Of a stretch of 64,000 nucleotides of DNA, positions 36,248 through 45,335 are shown one piece after another. A program made the translations under genes and the position numbers. Source of the stretch: Peptococcaceae bacterium (lineage in GTDB: Bacteria; Bacillota; Dehalobacteriia; UBA4068; UBA4997); the NCBI GenBank assembly GCA_022797295.1, contig JAAWKH010000004.1:3888-67887 (forward strand). The letters are read 5' to 3'. The notes beneath the pieces were generated by a model. The model was not told the DNA's origin, searched no databases, and saw only the letters and a list, made by a program, of their open reading frames with translations. The stretch's first letter is position 1. Each line of letters opens with the position of its first letter.

Positions 36248-37936
36248 ATGAACTGGTTGGAGGAAACTCGATTTGAACTGAAAAAGGACTTGCAAGCGGC
36301 GGCCGAGGCGGCCCGCACTTCTGGCGAGCTGAGCTTTGAGCAACTGCCTGATTTTGTGATTGAACGCCCGCGGGATAAGGCCCACGGCGATTTTGCCGCC
36401 AATCTGGCAATGCTGTTGGCCCGGCAGGCCAAAATGGCTCCGCGCAAAATTGCCGAGCTGATTGTGGCCCGGCTTTACCAGGCGGAACCGGCGGTTTACG
36501 TGGAAAAGGTGGAGATTGCCGGCGCGGGCTTTATCAATTTTTATATGAAACCAAATTGGCTGGCGGAGGGCCTGGCAGACGCTGCCGCCCGCGGCGCAGC
36601 CTTTGGTGAAAGCAATTTTGGCCAGGGGGAGCGGGTGAATATTGAGTTTGTGTCTGCCAACCCCACTGGGGAGCTGCATTTGGGTAACGCCCGCGGCGCG
36701 GCTATTGGCGACAGCTTGGCTAATATTATGCAGGCGGCTGGTTTTCAGGTGGAGCGGGAATATTATATCAACGACGCCGGCAAGCAGATTGAAAACTTTG
36801 GTCTTTCTCTGGAGGCGCGTTATCTGGAGCAGTTGGGTCAGCCGGCGGAATTTCCAGAGGACGGCTATCACGGCGAGGATATTATCAGCACGGTTAAGGA
36901 ATATATTGAAGCGGAGGGCGACAAGCTGCTAACTGTGCAGCCGGACTTGCGGCGGGAGCTTTTGACCCGTTTTGCTCTGCAAAAGAAGCTGGACGCTATC
37001 CGCACGGCCCTCAGCCATTACGGCGTGGAATATGACACCTGGTTTAGCGAGCAGACTTTGCACGATTCCGGTGCAGTGAAGCAGGTGGTGGCGGATTACA
37101 AGGCGGCCGGCCTGCTGCTGGAGCAGGAGGACGCTCTGTGGTTTGCGGCCGACCGTTGCGGCTGTGAAAAGCCGGAGGTGTTGGTGCGGGCCAACGGCAT
37201 TCCCACCTACTACACGGCGGATATTGCCTATCATAAGAATAAGTTTGAGCGCGGCTTTGCCCGCCTGATTAATATTTGGGGCGCCGACCATCACGGACAC
37301 GTGGCCCGCCTGAAAGCGGCCGTGGGTGCGCTGGGCTATTCGGCGGACAAGCTTGAGGTTATTTTAATGCAGCTGGTGCGCCTGTTCTCCGGCGGGGAAA
37401 TTGTGCGCATGTCCAAACGGGCCGGCACTTACGTAACCCTGGAGGAGCTGCTGGAGGAGGTTGGCCGCGACGCGGCGCGTTTCTTCTTTGTGATGCGTTC
37501 CGCGGATAGCCAGATGGATTTTGATTTGGATTTGGCTAAAAAGCAATCTATGGACAACCCGGTTTTCTATGTGCAATATGCCCACGCTCGTATTAACAGC
37601 ATTTTGCTGCAAGCCAGGGAGCAGGGCGTTGAGCTTGATGAGCTGGCCAAGGTGAATTTTGGCCTGTTGCAGGAGGAGAGCGAGCAGGATTTGCTGCGGA
37701 AATTGCTGGAGCTGCCGGACGAAATTGCCGCGGCGGCGCAGCAGGAGGCTCCGCACAAAATTGCGGCCTACGTGATGGAGCTGGGCGCGCTGTTTCATAG
37801 CTTTTATGCCGGTTGCCGGGTTTTGGGCGTGGAGGCTGATTTGCAGCAGGCCCGCCTGTGGCTGTGCCAGGTGACGGCCGGCGCGGTGGCAAAATGCCTG
37901 CATTTGCTGGGCGTTTCTGCTCCGGAAAAAATGTGA
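36248..37936 (+). CDS. argS: Arginine--tRNA ligase.
   Basis: SANPTGELHLGNARGAAIGD, RMSKRAGT, and the C-terminal anticodon-binding DALR-type region. Confidence 0.95.
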   Translation: MNWLEETRFELKKDLQAAAEAARTSGELSFEQLPDFVIERPRDKAHGDFAANLAMLLARQAKMAPRKIAELIVARLYQAEPAVYVEKVEIAGAGFINFYMKPNWLAEGLADAAARGAAFGESNFGQGERVNIEFVSANPTGELHLGNARGAAIGDSLANIMQAAGFQVEREYYINDAGKQIENFGLSLEARYLEQLGQPAEFPEDGYHGEDIISTVKEYIEAEGDKLLTVQPDLRRELLTRFALQKKLDAIRTALSHYGVEYDTWFSEQTLHDSGAVKQVVADYKAAGLLLEQEDALWFAADRCGCEKPEVLVRANGIPTYYTADIAYHKNKFERGFARLINIWGADHHGHVARLKAAVGALGYSADKLEVILMQLVRLFSGGEIVRMSKRAGTYVTLEELLEEVGRDAARFFFVMRSADSQMDFDLDLAKKQSMDNPVFYVQYAHARINSILLQAREQGVELDELAKVNFGLLQEESEQDLLRKLLELPDEIAAAAQQEAPHKIAAYVMELGALFHSFYAGCRVLGVEADLQQARLWLCQVTAGAVAKCLHLLGVSAPEKM

Positions 37937-37974
37937 AGCTGAAATCAAAAAGCTAAAAACCAGAGGTTAAAACA

Positions 37975-39549
37975 ATGACTAAGTATATCTTTTTTACCGG
38001 CGGCGTGGTGTCTTCGTTGGGCAAAGGTTTAACGGCCGCTTCCTTGGGGGCTTTGCTGAAAGGCCGCGGCCTGAAAGTGGGCGTGTTGCGGCTGGACACT
38101 TACTTCAACACCGACACTGGCCAGATGAACCCTTATCAGCACGGCGAGGTTTTTGTCACCAACGACGGTTGCGAAACGGATTTGGCAATGGGCCATTACG
38201 AGCGTTTTATGAATATGAGCCTGCAAGGTCACAGTTGCAGCAGCACTTTGGGGCGTATTTACCGCCGGATTTTAGACCGCGAGCGAGTGGGTGATTTTGG
38301 CGGCAGCACGGTGCAGGTTATTCCGCACGTGACCAATGAGATTAAGCGCACTATCACTCGCGGCCTGGCAGAACAGGCTTATGATGTGATTATTGTGGAG
38401 ATTGGCGGCGTGGTGGGCGATATTGAATCGCTGGCTTTTGTGGAAACCATTCGCCAGCTGCGTCACGATTTGGGCAAGGAGCAAACCTTGTTTGTGCATG
38501 TGGCTTTGGTGCCTTATTTGCGGGTGGCCGGCGAGGCCAAAACCAAGCCGGTGCAGCACAGCGTGAAAACCCTGCGCAGTTTGGGTATTCAGCCGGATAT
38601 AATCATCTGCCGCACTGAGGTGGAATTGGATGAAACCGCGGTGAGCAAAATTTCGCTGTTTTGTGATATTGAGCGGCGGGCGGTTTTGCAGCAGGTTTTT
38701 ACGGATAATGTTTACGAGCTGCCGTTGACTTTGCACCAGCAGGGTTTGGATCATATTGTGGCCGAAAAATTGGGTTTGCCTGCCGGTGAAGCGGATATAA
38801 GCGGTTGGAACGCATTTTATCAGCGCAGTTTGGCAAATAATAAGCCTGTGGAGATTGCTTTGGTGGGCAAATATACCAGCCTGCCCGACGCTTACATCAG
38901 CCTGGTGGAGGCGTTGCACCATTGCGGCCTAAATTTGGGGCTGGACGTGCAGGTGCGGATGTTGGCCGCACAGGAGCTGGAGGAGGCCAATGTGGCGGCA
39001 AAGCTGGCCCAATACAGCGGGCTGGTGATACCGGATGGCTTTGGCGTGCGCGGCACGGAGGGTATGATTGCCGCTGCGGGCTGGGCCCGGCAAAACAGCC
39101 GGCCTTGCTTGGCTATTGGTATGGGCATGCACGCGATGGCGGTGGAATATACCCGCAATGTGGCTGGCTTGCCTGCTCAAATGCCGGAAACCGGTTCGTC
39201 TGACGTGCTGTTTCAAGCCAGAGGCGGCGGCAGTTTGGAAAGCGGTTTGCTACCAATCAGCTTGGCTGATTTCAATAGTCATTTGTTCCAAATTTATGGC
39301 GATTTGGAAATATCCGAGCGGCACCGTCATCGTTATGTGCTGCGAGAGGATGCGGCTTTGGCTTTGCAGCAGGCCGGAATGGTTATTTGCGCCCGTTCGG
39401 CGGAAAGCCGTTTTGTGGAGGCTTTGGAATTGCCGGCGAGCGAACATCCTTGGTTTGTGGGCTGTCAGTATCATCCCGAGTTTTTGTCCCGGCCGGAGCA
39501 GCCGCACCCGCTGATTAGCAATTTCCTTAAAAAATGTTTGGTGGACTAG
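37975..39549 (+). CDS. pyrG: CTP synthase homologue with substitutions at normally invariant active-site positions.
   Basis: YIFFTGGVVSSLGKG, VEIGGVVGDIES, ERHRHRY and HPWFVGCQYHPEF are present. The GATase nucleophile motif reads AIGMGMH instead of GICLGMQ. Confidence 0.85.
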   Translation: MTKYIFFTGGVVSSLGKGLTAASLGALLKGRGLKVGVLRLDTYFNTDTGQMNPYQHGEVFVTNDGCETDLAMGHYERFMNMSLQGHSCSSTLGRIYRRILDRERVGDFGGSTVQVIPHVTNEIKRTITRGLAEQAYDVIIVEIGGVVGDIESLAFVETIRQLRHDLGKEQTLFVHVALVPYLRVAGEAKTKPVQHSVKTLRSLGIQPDIIICRTEVELDETAVSKISLFCDIERRAVLQQVFTDNVYELPLTLHQQGLDHIVAEKLGLPAGEADISGWNAFYQRSLANNKPVEIALVGKYTSLPDAYISLVEALHHCGLNLGLDVQVRMLAAQELEEANVAAKLAQYSGLVIPDGFGVRGTEGMIAAAGWARQNSRPCLAIGMGMHAMAVEYTRNVAGLPAQMPETGSSDVLFQARGGGSLESGLLPISLADFNSHLFQIYGDLEISERHRHRYVLREDAALALQQAGMVICARSAESRFVEALELPASEHPWFVGCQYHPEFLSRPEQPHPLISNFLKKCLVD

Positions 39550-39590
39550 CTTAATATAGGTTAATATAGTAAGACTAAAAGGAGAAGTTT

Positions 39591-40709
39591 TTGGTGAATT
39601 CAACTGAGGAATATCAATTTCGTTTGCTGCCGGACGAGCCCGGCAACGCAGAAAAATTTGACGCCTTTGTGGCGGCGCACCCAAAGGGGCATGTGCTGCA
39701 AAGCTGGAACTGGGGCTGCGTGAAGCAGCCGGCTTGGGAGCCTTTGCGCCTGGTGGCGGAGGACGGAGCGGGCCAAATTTGCGGGGCGGCTTTGTTGCTG
39801 CGCCGCACGTTGCCGGCCGGTTTGGGGCAAATTTTTTATTCACCCCGCGGGCCGGTGGTGGATATTGCCAATGAGGCGTTGTGGCAGCAGCTGGTGGCGG
39901 AGGTGCGCCGCTTGGCCAAACAGCAGGGTGTGATTTACTGGAAGGTGGACCCTGATGTGGATATTGACGCGCCGGAGGCCGAGCTTTGGCGCAGCCGCTT
40001 AAAGCAGGCTGGTTTTGCTATTGTGGACAAGGGCGAGGGCTTTGAGGGCATTCAGCCCCGCTTTGTGTTCCGGCTGGATATTTCGCCGGATGTGGAAACG
40101 ATGTTGGCTAATTGCCACCAGAAAACCCGCTATAATATTCGGCTGGCCGGCCGCAAGGGTGTGGAAATTGTCAGCGGCGCCGGGCGTGAATGTCTGCCGG
40201 AATTTTATCGGATTTTAACCACAACAGCCACGCGCGACCATTTTCTAATTCGTCCTTACAGCTATTTTGAGGGCTTTTACGACCATTTGCACCCGGTGGG
40301 GCAGACGGAGCTTTTTATGGCTTACTATGAGGGCGAGGCCATTGCCGGCACCTTGGCCTTTAGGATGGGCGATAAGGCCTGGTATATTTACGGAGCCAGC
40401 GCCAATTCTCACCGTAATTTGATGCCTAACTATTTAATTCAGTGGACAATGATTGAATGGGCCAAAGCTCAAGGTTGCACGATGTATGATTTCCGAGGCG
40501 TGCCGGGCCACGTGGCGGAGGACCATCCGCTTTACGGTCTGGTGAAGTTCAAAAAGGGCTTTGGCGGTAAATATACAGAGTTTATCGGGGAATATGATTT
40601 GGTGTTTAATTCCGCAAAATACGGTCTTTATAACTTTTTGGAGCCGATATACCAAAAAAATGTGCGGCGGGTTATTAATTTGAAGAAAAAGTTGAAAGGC
40701 CAGAAGTAA
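39591..40709 (+). CDS. FemAB-family peptidoglycan interpeptide-bridge aminoacyltransferase.
   Basis: AFVAAHPKGHVLQSWNWGCVKQ, FYSPRGPV, ANSHRNLMPNYLIQW, YDFRGV..., 372 aa. Confidence 0.85.
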   Translation: MVNSTEEYQFRLLPDEPGNAEKFDAFVAAHPKGHVLQSWNWGCVKQPAWEPLRLVAEDGAGQICGAALLLRRTLPAGLGQIFYSPRGPVVDIANEALWQQLVAEVRRLAKQQGVIYWKVDPDVDIDAPEAELWRSRLKQAGFAIVDKGEGFEGIQPRFVFRLDISPDVETMLANCHQKTRYNIRLAGRKGVEIVSGAGRECLPEFYRILTTTATRDHFLIRPYSYFEGFYDHLHPVGQTELFMAYYEGEAIAGTLAFRMGDKAWYIYGASANSHRNLMPNYLIQWTMIEWAKAQGCTMYDFRGVPGHVAEDHPLYGLVKFKKGFGGKYTEFIGEYDLVFNSAKYGLYNFLEPIYQKNVRRVINLKKKLKGQK

Positions 40710-40724
40710 CGGAAAGAGGTTGTT

Positions 40725-41918
40725 ATGTCGGATATTCGGGAACGATTGCAGCATTGGCTGGAGATTGATTTAGACAAGCTGACCGCCAATTTACAGACAG
40801 TGAACGGTTGGCTGCGCGAGCAGCGCCCAGACGCGCCGCCTGGCTTAATTGCCGTGGTGAAAAACGACGCTTACGGCTTTGGGGCGGTGCCCTGCGCGCG
40901 CGCTTTTGCCGAGGCTGGGGCTTTTATGTTGGCGGTGACCAGCCTGGAGGAGGCGCTGGAGCTGCGCGAGGCTGGTCTCACCCAGCCGGTGCTGGTGTTT
41001 CTGCCCCCGCAAGCTGCGGAGTTGCCGCTGTTTGTGCAATATAACCTGACGGCCACGCTGGATAGTCTGCACACAGCGGAGCTGTTGCAGGGCTGGAGCC
41101 AGTTGGAATGTCATCTGAAGTTGAACACTGGAATGAACCGCTTTGGTTTGGAGCCCGGAGAGGAGCTGGCGGCGGCCTTGGGCCTTTTGCAACAGCCAGA
41201 CGCGCCAAAGCTTTGCGGCGTTTATTCGCATTTGGCAACCGCTCTGGAGCCGGAGGAAAAATTTGCCAGGCTGCAAATTGAACGTTTTGGGCAGGCTAAG
41301 GCACAGGTGGAAGCTGCTGGCTTTGCGGAGACTTCTATCTGTTGGCATTTGGCCAATTCCGCCGGTTCCTTGCGTTATCCAGAGGCGCATTTTAGCGCGG
41401 TGAGGGTTGGCTCGGTGCTTTATGGGCAGTTGGGATTGGCTAAAAAAAAGGGTCTGTCGCTGGCGGAGCCGTTTGCCGCCAAGGCGCGCGTTGCGGCTAT
41501 CCGGGAAATTGCCAAAGGAGCCGGCGTTGGCTACAGTCAGGAGTTTGTGGCTAAGAAGCCAACGCGGCTGGCCGTAATATCCTATGGTTATGGCGATGGC
41601 TTTGGCGTGACGGCCAGCGCCAGGGAGCTCACCATCAAAGATAGCGTGCAGGAGATGAGCCGCAATGTGGGCAAGTTGGTTTTGGGCCGCTATCAGCGCG
41701 GCGTTTTTTGGCAAGGCCGCTTGCTGCCGATTTTGGGCCGGGTGGCAATGCAGAGCATGATGGTGGATATTGGCGATTTGTCTTTGCAGGTGGGCGATGT
41801 GGTGGAGGCGCCGATGCGCCGCACCGCTGCAAGTTGCCGCTTGCCCAGGGTTTATTTGCGGCAAGGCCAGGTTGTGGAAGCCAGGGCTTTGTTGACCAAA
41901 TCGCTGCTGAAAGATTAG
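40725..41918 (+). CDS. alr: Alanine racemase.
   Basis: PLP-lysine motif IAVVKNDAYGFGAV, LKLNTGMNRFG, YSHLA, RVGSVLYG. Confidence 0.88.
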   Translation: MSDIRERLQHWLEIDLDKLTANLQTVNGWLREQRPDAPPGLIAVVKNDAYGFGAVPCARAFAEAGAFMLAVTSLEEALELREAGLTQPVLVFLPPQAAELPLFVQYNLTATLDSLHTAELLQGWSQLECHLKLNTGMNRFGLEPGEELAAALGLLQQPDAPKLCGVYSHLATALEPEEKFARLQIERFGQAKAQVEAAGFAETSICWHLANSAGSLRYPEAHFSAVRVGSVLYGQLGLAKKKGLSLAEPFAAKARVAAIREIAKGAGVGYSQEFVAKKPTRLAVISYGYGDGFGVTASARELTIKDSVQEMSRNVGKLVLGRYQRGVFWQGRLLPILGRVAMQSMMVDIGDLSLQVGDVVEAPMRRTAASCRLPRVYLRQGQVVEARALLTKSLLKD

Positions 41919-42095
41919 TCCGTCCCAAAAAATGTGTAAAAAAGCACAATTTTTATTGGGAAAAGTGAAAAAGGGGTTGCATTTTGGTCTCTGTGGTGAT
42001 AAAATAATACAAAGTTCTAAAAAACTTTATGCTGCCAGGCTCGCCCACGGTAGGACAGGCTGTGGCGTGGGCAGGCTTTGTAGGAGGTAATCACA

Positions 42096-42371
42096 TTGAA
42101 TAAGAAAGAACTGATTAATGCCATTGCTGAACAGGCAGAATTAAGCAAAAAGGACGCGGCCAAAGCCGTGGAAGCTTTTGTGGAGGTTGTTACCAACAGC
42201 CTGAAAGAAGATGACAAAGTGCAGCTGATTGGCTTTGGCACCTTTGAAGTGCGTGAACGTGCGGCCAGAGAGGGCCACAATCCGCATACTGGGGCTAAAA
42301 TTCAAATCCCGGCCGCTAAGGTTCCGGCATTTAAGGCCGGCAAGGCATTGAAAGACGCTATTGCAGAGTAG
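42096..42371 (+). CDS. hup: HU-family DNA-binding protein.
   Basis: [32 protein letters not shown]...[48 protein letters not shown] start after aggagg. Confidence 0.95.
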   Translation: MNKKELINAIAEQAELSKKDAAKAVEAFVEVVTNSLKEDDKVQLIGFGTFEVRERAAREGHNPHTGAKIQIPAAKVPAFKAGKALKDAIAE

Positions 42372-42407
42372 CGCTTTGGCCTTTGCGTGATGTTTAATGC
42401 AATGATT

Positions 42408-42441
42408 GGGGAGGAATGGCTGCGGCTGCTCCTCCTTTTTT
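42408..42441 (+). terminator. Intrinsic terminator of hup.
   Basis: ggagga (42410-42415) pairs with tcctcc (42430-42435), followed by tttttt. Confidence 0.65.
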
Positions 42442-42481
42442 GATTATAATTTTGGGGAATGTAATTGGTAAAGGAGAAAAA

Positions 42482-42757
42482 ATGCGTTTAGATAAATATT
42501 TGAAAGTTTCGCGCCTGATTAAACGGCGCACTGTGGCCAAGGACGTTAGCGGGGCCGGCAAGGTGCTGTTGAACGGCCGCCCGGCCAAAGCGGCCAGCGA
42601 CGTGCAAGTTGGCGACCGCCTGACGTTGCTTTTTGGCCGCCGGGAGGTTGAGTTGGAAATTTTGGAAATTGCTGAAAGTAAACGGGCGGAGCTGGCTGCT
42701 GGAATGTATAAAATTTTGCGGGAAACCAAAATTGAAACAGAGGACGCCAGCTTTTAG
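42482..42757 (+). CDS. S4-domain RNA-binding protein (YabO/Hsp15-like).
   Basis: ATG 42482 follows aaaggag. MRLDKYLKVSRLIKRRTVAKDVSGAGKVLLNGRPAKAASDVQVGDRL. Confidence 0.88.
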   Translation: MRLDKYLKVSRLIKRRTVAKDVSGAGKVLLNGRPAKAASDVQVGDRLTLLFGRREVELEILEIAESKRAELAAGMYKILRETKIETEDASF

Positions 42758-42840
42758 CTAAAGCTTTACGTATATTCGGACTTTTTTTGGCGCAGGCTAC
42801 TCTTGAGCGGTTTTTGTAAACTGAAAAAGGAGGCGGGTTT

Positions 42841-42999
42841 ATGCCGAACGAAACAGATAAAACGGCCCATAAGCCGGAATTGGCGCGGGCCTTGCGGCAG
42901 GCACTAAGAATTTTCCGCCGCCGGCAGGAGGCTGAAAAATCGGAGTTTGCGGCAGAGTTTGACCGTTTAAGCCAGGGCAGGGAACCGGAGCTTAAATGA
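42841..42999 (+). CDS. Hypothetical 52-aa protein, below the ORF-track length cut-off.
   Basis: Strong RBS aaaaaggagg 7 nt before the ATG. Translation MPNETDKTAHKPELARALRQALRIFRRRQEAEKSEFAAEFDRLSQGREPELK. A perfect terminator hairpin lies 18 nt downstream. Confidence 0.5.
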   Translation: MPNETDKTAHKPELARALRQALRIFRRRQEAEKSEFAAEFDRLSQGREPELK

Positions 43000-43016
43000 T
43001 TTTTAACTATTAAATT

Positions 43017-43046
43017 AGCGGCAGAAGCTTTTTGGCTTCTGCCGCT
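43017..43046. terminator. Bidirectional terminator hairpin.
   Basis: Perfect 12-bp stem, agcggcagaagc with gcttctgccgct, and a 6-nt loop, between convergent genes. Confidence 0.75.
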
Positions 43047-43056
43047 GCTCTGCTGA

Positions 43057-44067
43057 TTAAAAACTGAAACGTAAATCACGCCGCCAAGTGGTGCGGCCGG
43101 GATTGCCCTCTGCCCGCCAAATGGCTTTTTGCGATAAGTCATAAATGGTTGACCAAACCGTATCGTGGCCGGTTTGCCGGTCATATTGGCAGAGAAAGCC
43201 CTGCCTGCCGGCTAAAATCTGCTCCGCAGTTTGGCGGCTAGGGCAGCCTGGGCCAGCTTGTAGAGTCCGGTTTAGCGTCTGCCAGCGTTCTTCCGCCTGC
43301 CAGTTATCTACAGCCGGCCGAGGTTTTGCCGCCATTTCCGGCAGGTGAAAGCTGTTGGTGGCAAAAACATATGGTTGGGTTTGCTCCGGCCGCTTGATTG
43401 CAATTTGCCCGGCCTCACATTCAATCAGGGCAATTTCTCCCTGCGCGTCGGCTACTGTTAAGGTTTGAGCGGAGGCGATTGGTAGTTGCTGTAAGCTTTG
43501 TAGCACTTCCGAGGTGTTGCGGCATTTTTCCAGCAGCCAGCGCAGCAGCAGGCCGGCGTTGAAGCCCGGCTGTATTTTGGCCGGAGCGACTGAGGTTAAA
43601 CCAACGGCCAGGCCATGCTGATTGACGCCATCTTCCATTTCAATAAAGGCGGTGGTGTTGCCCTGAAAGCTGAAACCGCCGTCGGTAAAATGATAAATTA
43701 CATTCAGATTAAGCTCAGCCAGTTCGATAAGAAAATCACTGTTGCGGCCCAGCAGAATTGGCCCAGCTTTTGGCGCGCTGGCCAAGCAGGAGCATTGGCA
43801 AGCCGGCGGCAGGGCGTACATACTGAAAAGTAATGTTTGCACATCAGCCTCCGAGCAGTTTTGGCCAACAGACAAGCCGGCAATTTCCTGCAAAACTTCC
43901 GGAAAAAACTGCTGGTAAATTGGCAAACAGGCGGCGGCAAAGGCTCGGCGTTCCTGTGTCAGTGGGAATGGGGCTTGTTGCAGCAAGCTTTGCTTCTGGT
44001 CGGCCAACTTTTGGCCAAAGTTTAGGCCTGCGTTATAATGCGTATCGCAAAAAATTTCGTGTTTCAT
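43057..44067 (-). CDS. Peptidase C45-family (acyl-CoA:6-APA acyltransferase-like) autoproteolytic hydrolase.
   Basis: FPEVLQEIAGLSVG, CSCLAS...ILLGRNSDF, FIEMEDGVNQHGLAVGLT. RBS gaggag. The family call is from overall pattern memory only. Confidence 0.6.
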   Translation of the reverse strand: MKHEIFCDTHYNAGLNFGQKLADQKQSLLQQAPFPLTQERRAFAAACLPIYQQFFPEVLQEIAGLSVGQNCSEADVQTLLFSMYALPPACQCSCLASAPKAGPILLGRNSDFLIELAELNLNVIYHFTDGGFSFQGNTTAFIEMEDGVNQHGLAVGLTSVAPAKIQPGFNAGLLLRWLLEKCRNTSEVLQSLQQLPIASAQTLTVADAQGEIALIECEAGQIAIKRPEQTQPYVFATNSFHLPEMAAKPRPAVDNWQAEERWQTLNRTLQAGPGCPSRQTAEQILAGRQGFLCQYDRQTGHDTVWSTIYDLSQKAIWRAEGNPGRTTWRRDLRFSF

Positions 44068-44283
44068 TTAATTTCACTCCTCAAAAAGTTTTTTTGGAGC
44101 TGTCGACAGCTGGAATAATAGCTATTGCCTAAAGGATAATTGAATAAAAATTTTATGTCAAGCCCTTTTTTTGCTTTTTTGAAATTAAATTGGACGGCAT
44201 TTGCTTGCTATTTGGGTCATATAGTGCTAAAATAAAAATAAGGCCTAAAAATAATGTAGGATATTAAGCAGGAGGAAACCAAA

Positions 44284-45306
44284 ATGAGTGATGAAAAAGC
44301 TTTGCAGAGGCCGATTTTGGATCGTGTACGTGACGCCTTGGATGAAAATGGCTGTCTGCCGGATGATTTTCAGCTTGAGGGGCCGCTTGAGGAGGGCCAG
44401 ATTGGTTTTGCTCCCGGGGCGATGGATGGCATAATTATGTATCACAGCGGCGGCGGCGCAAATAAGCAGCTTTTGGCTAAATTGCAGGATGTGACAACTC
44501 AGGTGGCGGCAGGCCTGGATTTTGACGAGGCCGAGGCCAGACTGGCGGCTGTTTTTGCCGAGCGGGCAAATAGTCAGGCCAAACCGGAGCGCAGGTTGGT
44601 TAGTAACTACGACGAGATGCTGGTTTGTATTGATGGCTTGCACGAATGGATTTTGGCTAATAAGGAGCAGATTGATCCTAATACGATGATGGATTTTGCC
44701 CTGCGCCTGCTGCATACAACCAGCAGTGTTGGCGCGGTCAAATATGCGCTTTCTCTGCTGGAGCTGCTTTCTGAAACAACTGGTGCATGGCGGGGGCTTG
44801 TGCGCGATTTGTCTGCCTGTGATGAATTTACCTTATATGGCGTGTTTGTTGCGCGAAATTGGGAAAACGCCAGTGATGAGCTTTGGCAGATGGCCAAGAG
44901 AGTGGACGGCTGGGGCCGGGTGCATGCAGTGGCGGAGCTGGAGCCGGAAAACCAGGAGATGAGGGAATGGCTGCTGGACGATGGCTGGCGTAATAGGGTT
45001 ATGCCGGCCTATTCCGCATTGCAATGCGCTGTTAAGGGTGGTTTTGCTGGCCGCTTAAAGCAGCAGGAGCTGACAGACGGGCAGTTTGAAGCGGCCACTG
45101 GCTTGCTGGCCGGTTTGCTGGACGAGGGGCCGGTGGCTGGTATATCGAGGATTGATGAGCCGGATGGGCTGCTGACGGCATATTTGGAGCACGCCGGCAG
45201 GCATAATCTTGGGGATGATGACCTTCGGCTGCTTGCTGATATTGCCGGGCTGGCGGAGGCCTGCGGTTGGCAACAGGTGCAGGAGTTGGCGCAGGCGCTT
45301 TTGTAA
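44284..45306 (+). CDS. Hypothetical acidic 340-aa protein.
   Basis: Strong RBS caggagga. GC-rich codon usage like the neighbours. No motif recognised. Confidence 0.7.
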   Translation: MSDEKALQRPILDRVRDALDENGCLPDDFQLEGPLEEGQIGFAPGAMDGIIMYHSGGGANKQLLAKLQDVTTQVAAGLDFDEAEARLAAVFAERANSQAKPERRLVSNYDEMLVCIDGLHEWILANKEQIDPNTMMDFALRLLHTTSSVGAVKYALSLLELLSETTGAWRGLVRDLSACDEFTLYGVFVARNWENASDELWQMAKRVDGWGRVHAVAELEPENQEMREWLLDDGWRNRVMPAYSALQCAVKGGFAGRLKQQELTDGQFEAATGLLAGLLDEGPVAGISRIDEPDGLLTAYLEHAGRHNLGDDDLRLLADIAGLAEACGWQQVQELAQALL

Positions 45307-45335
45307 GATAACAGAAAATTGGAGAATAAATAATA

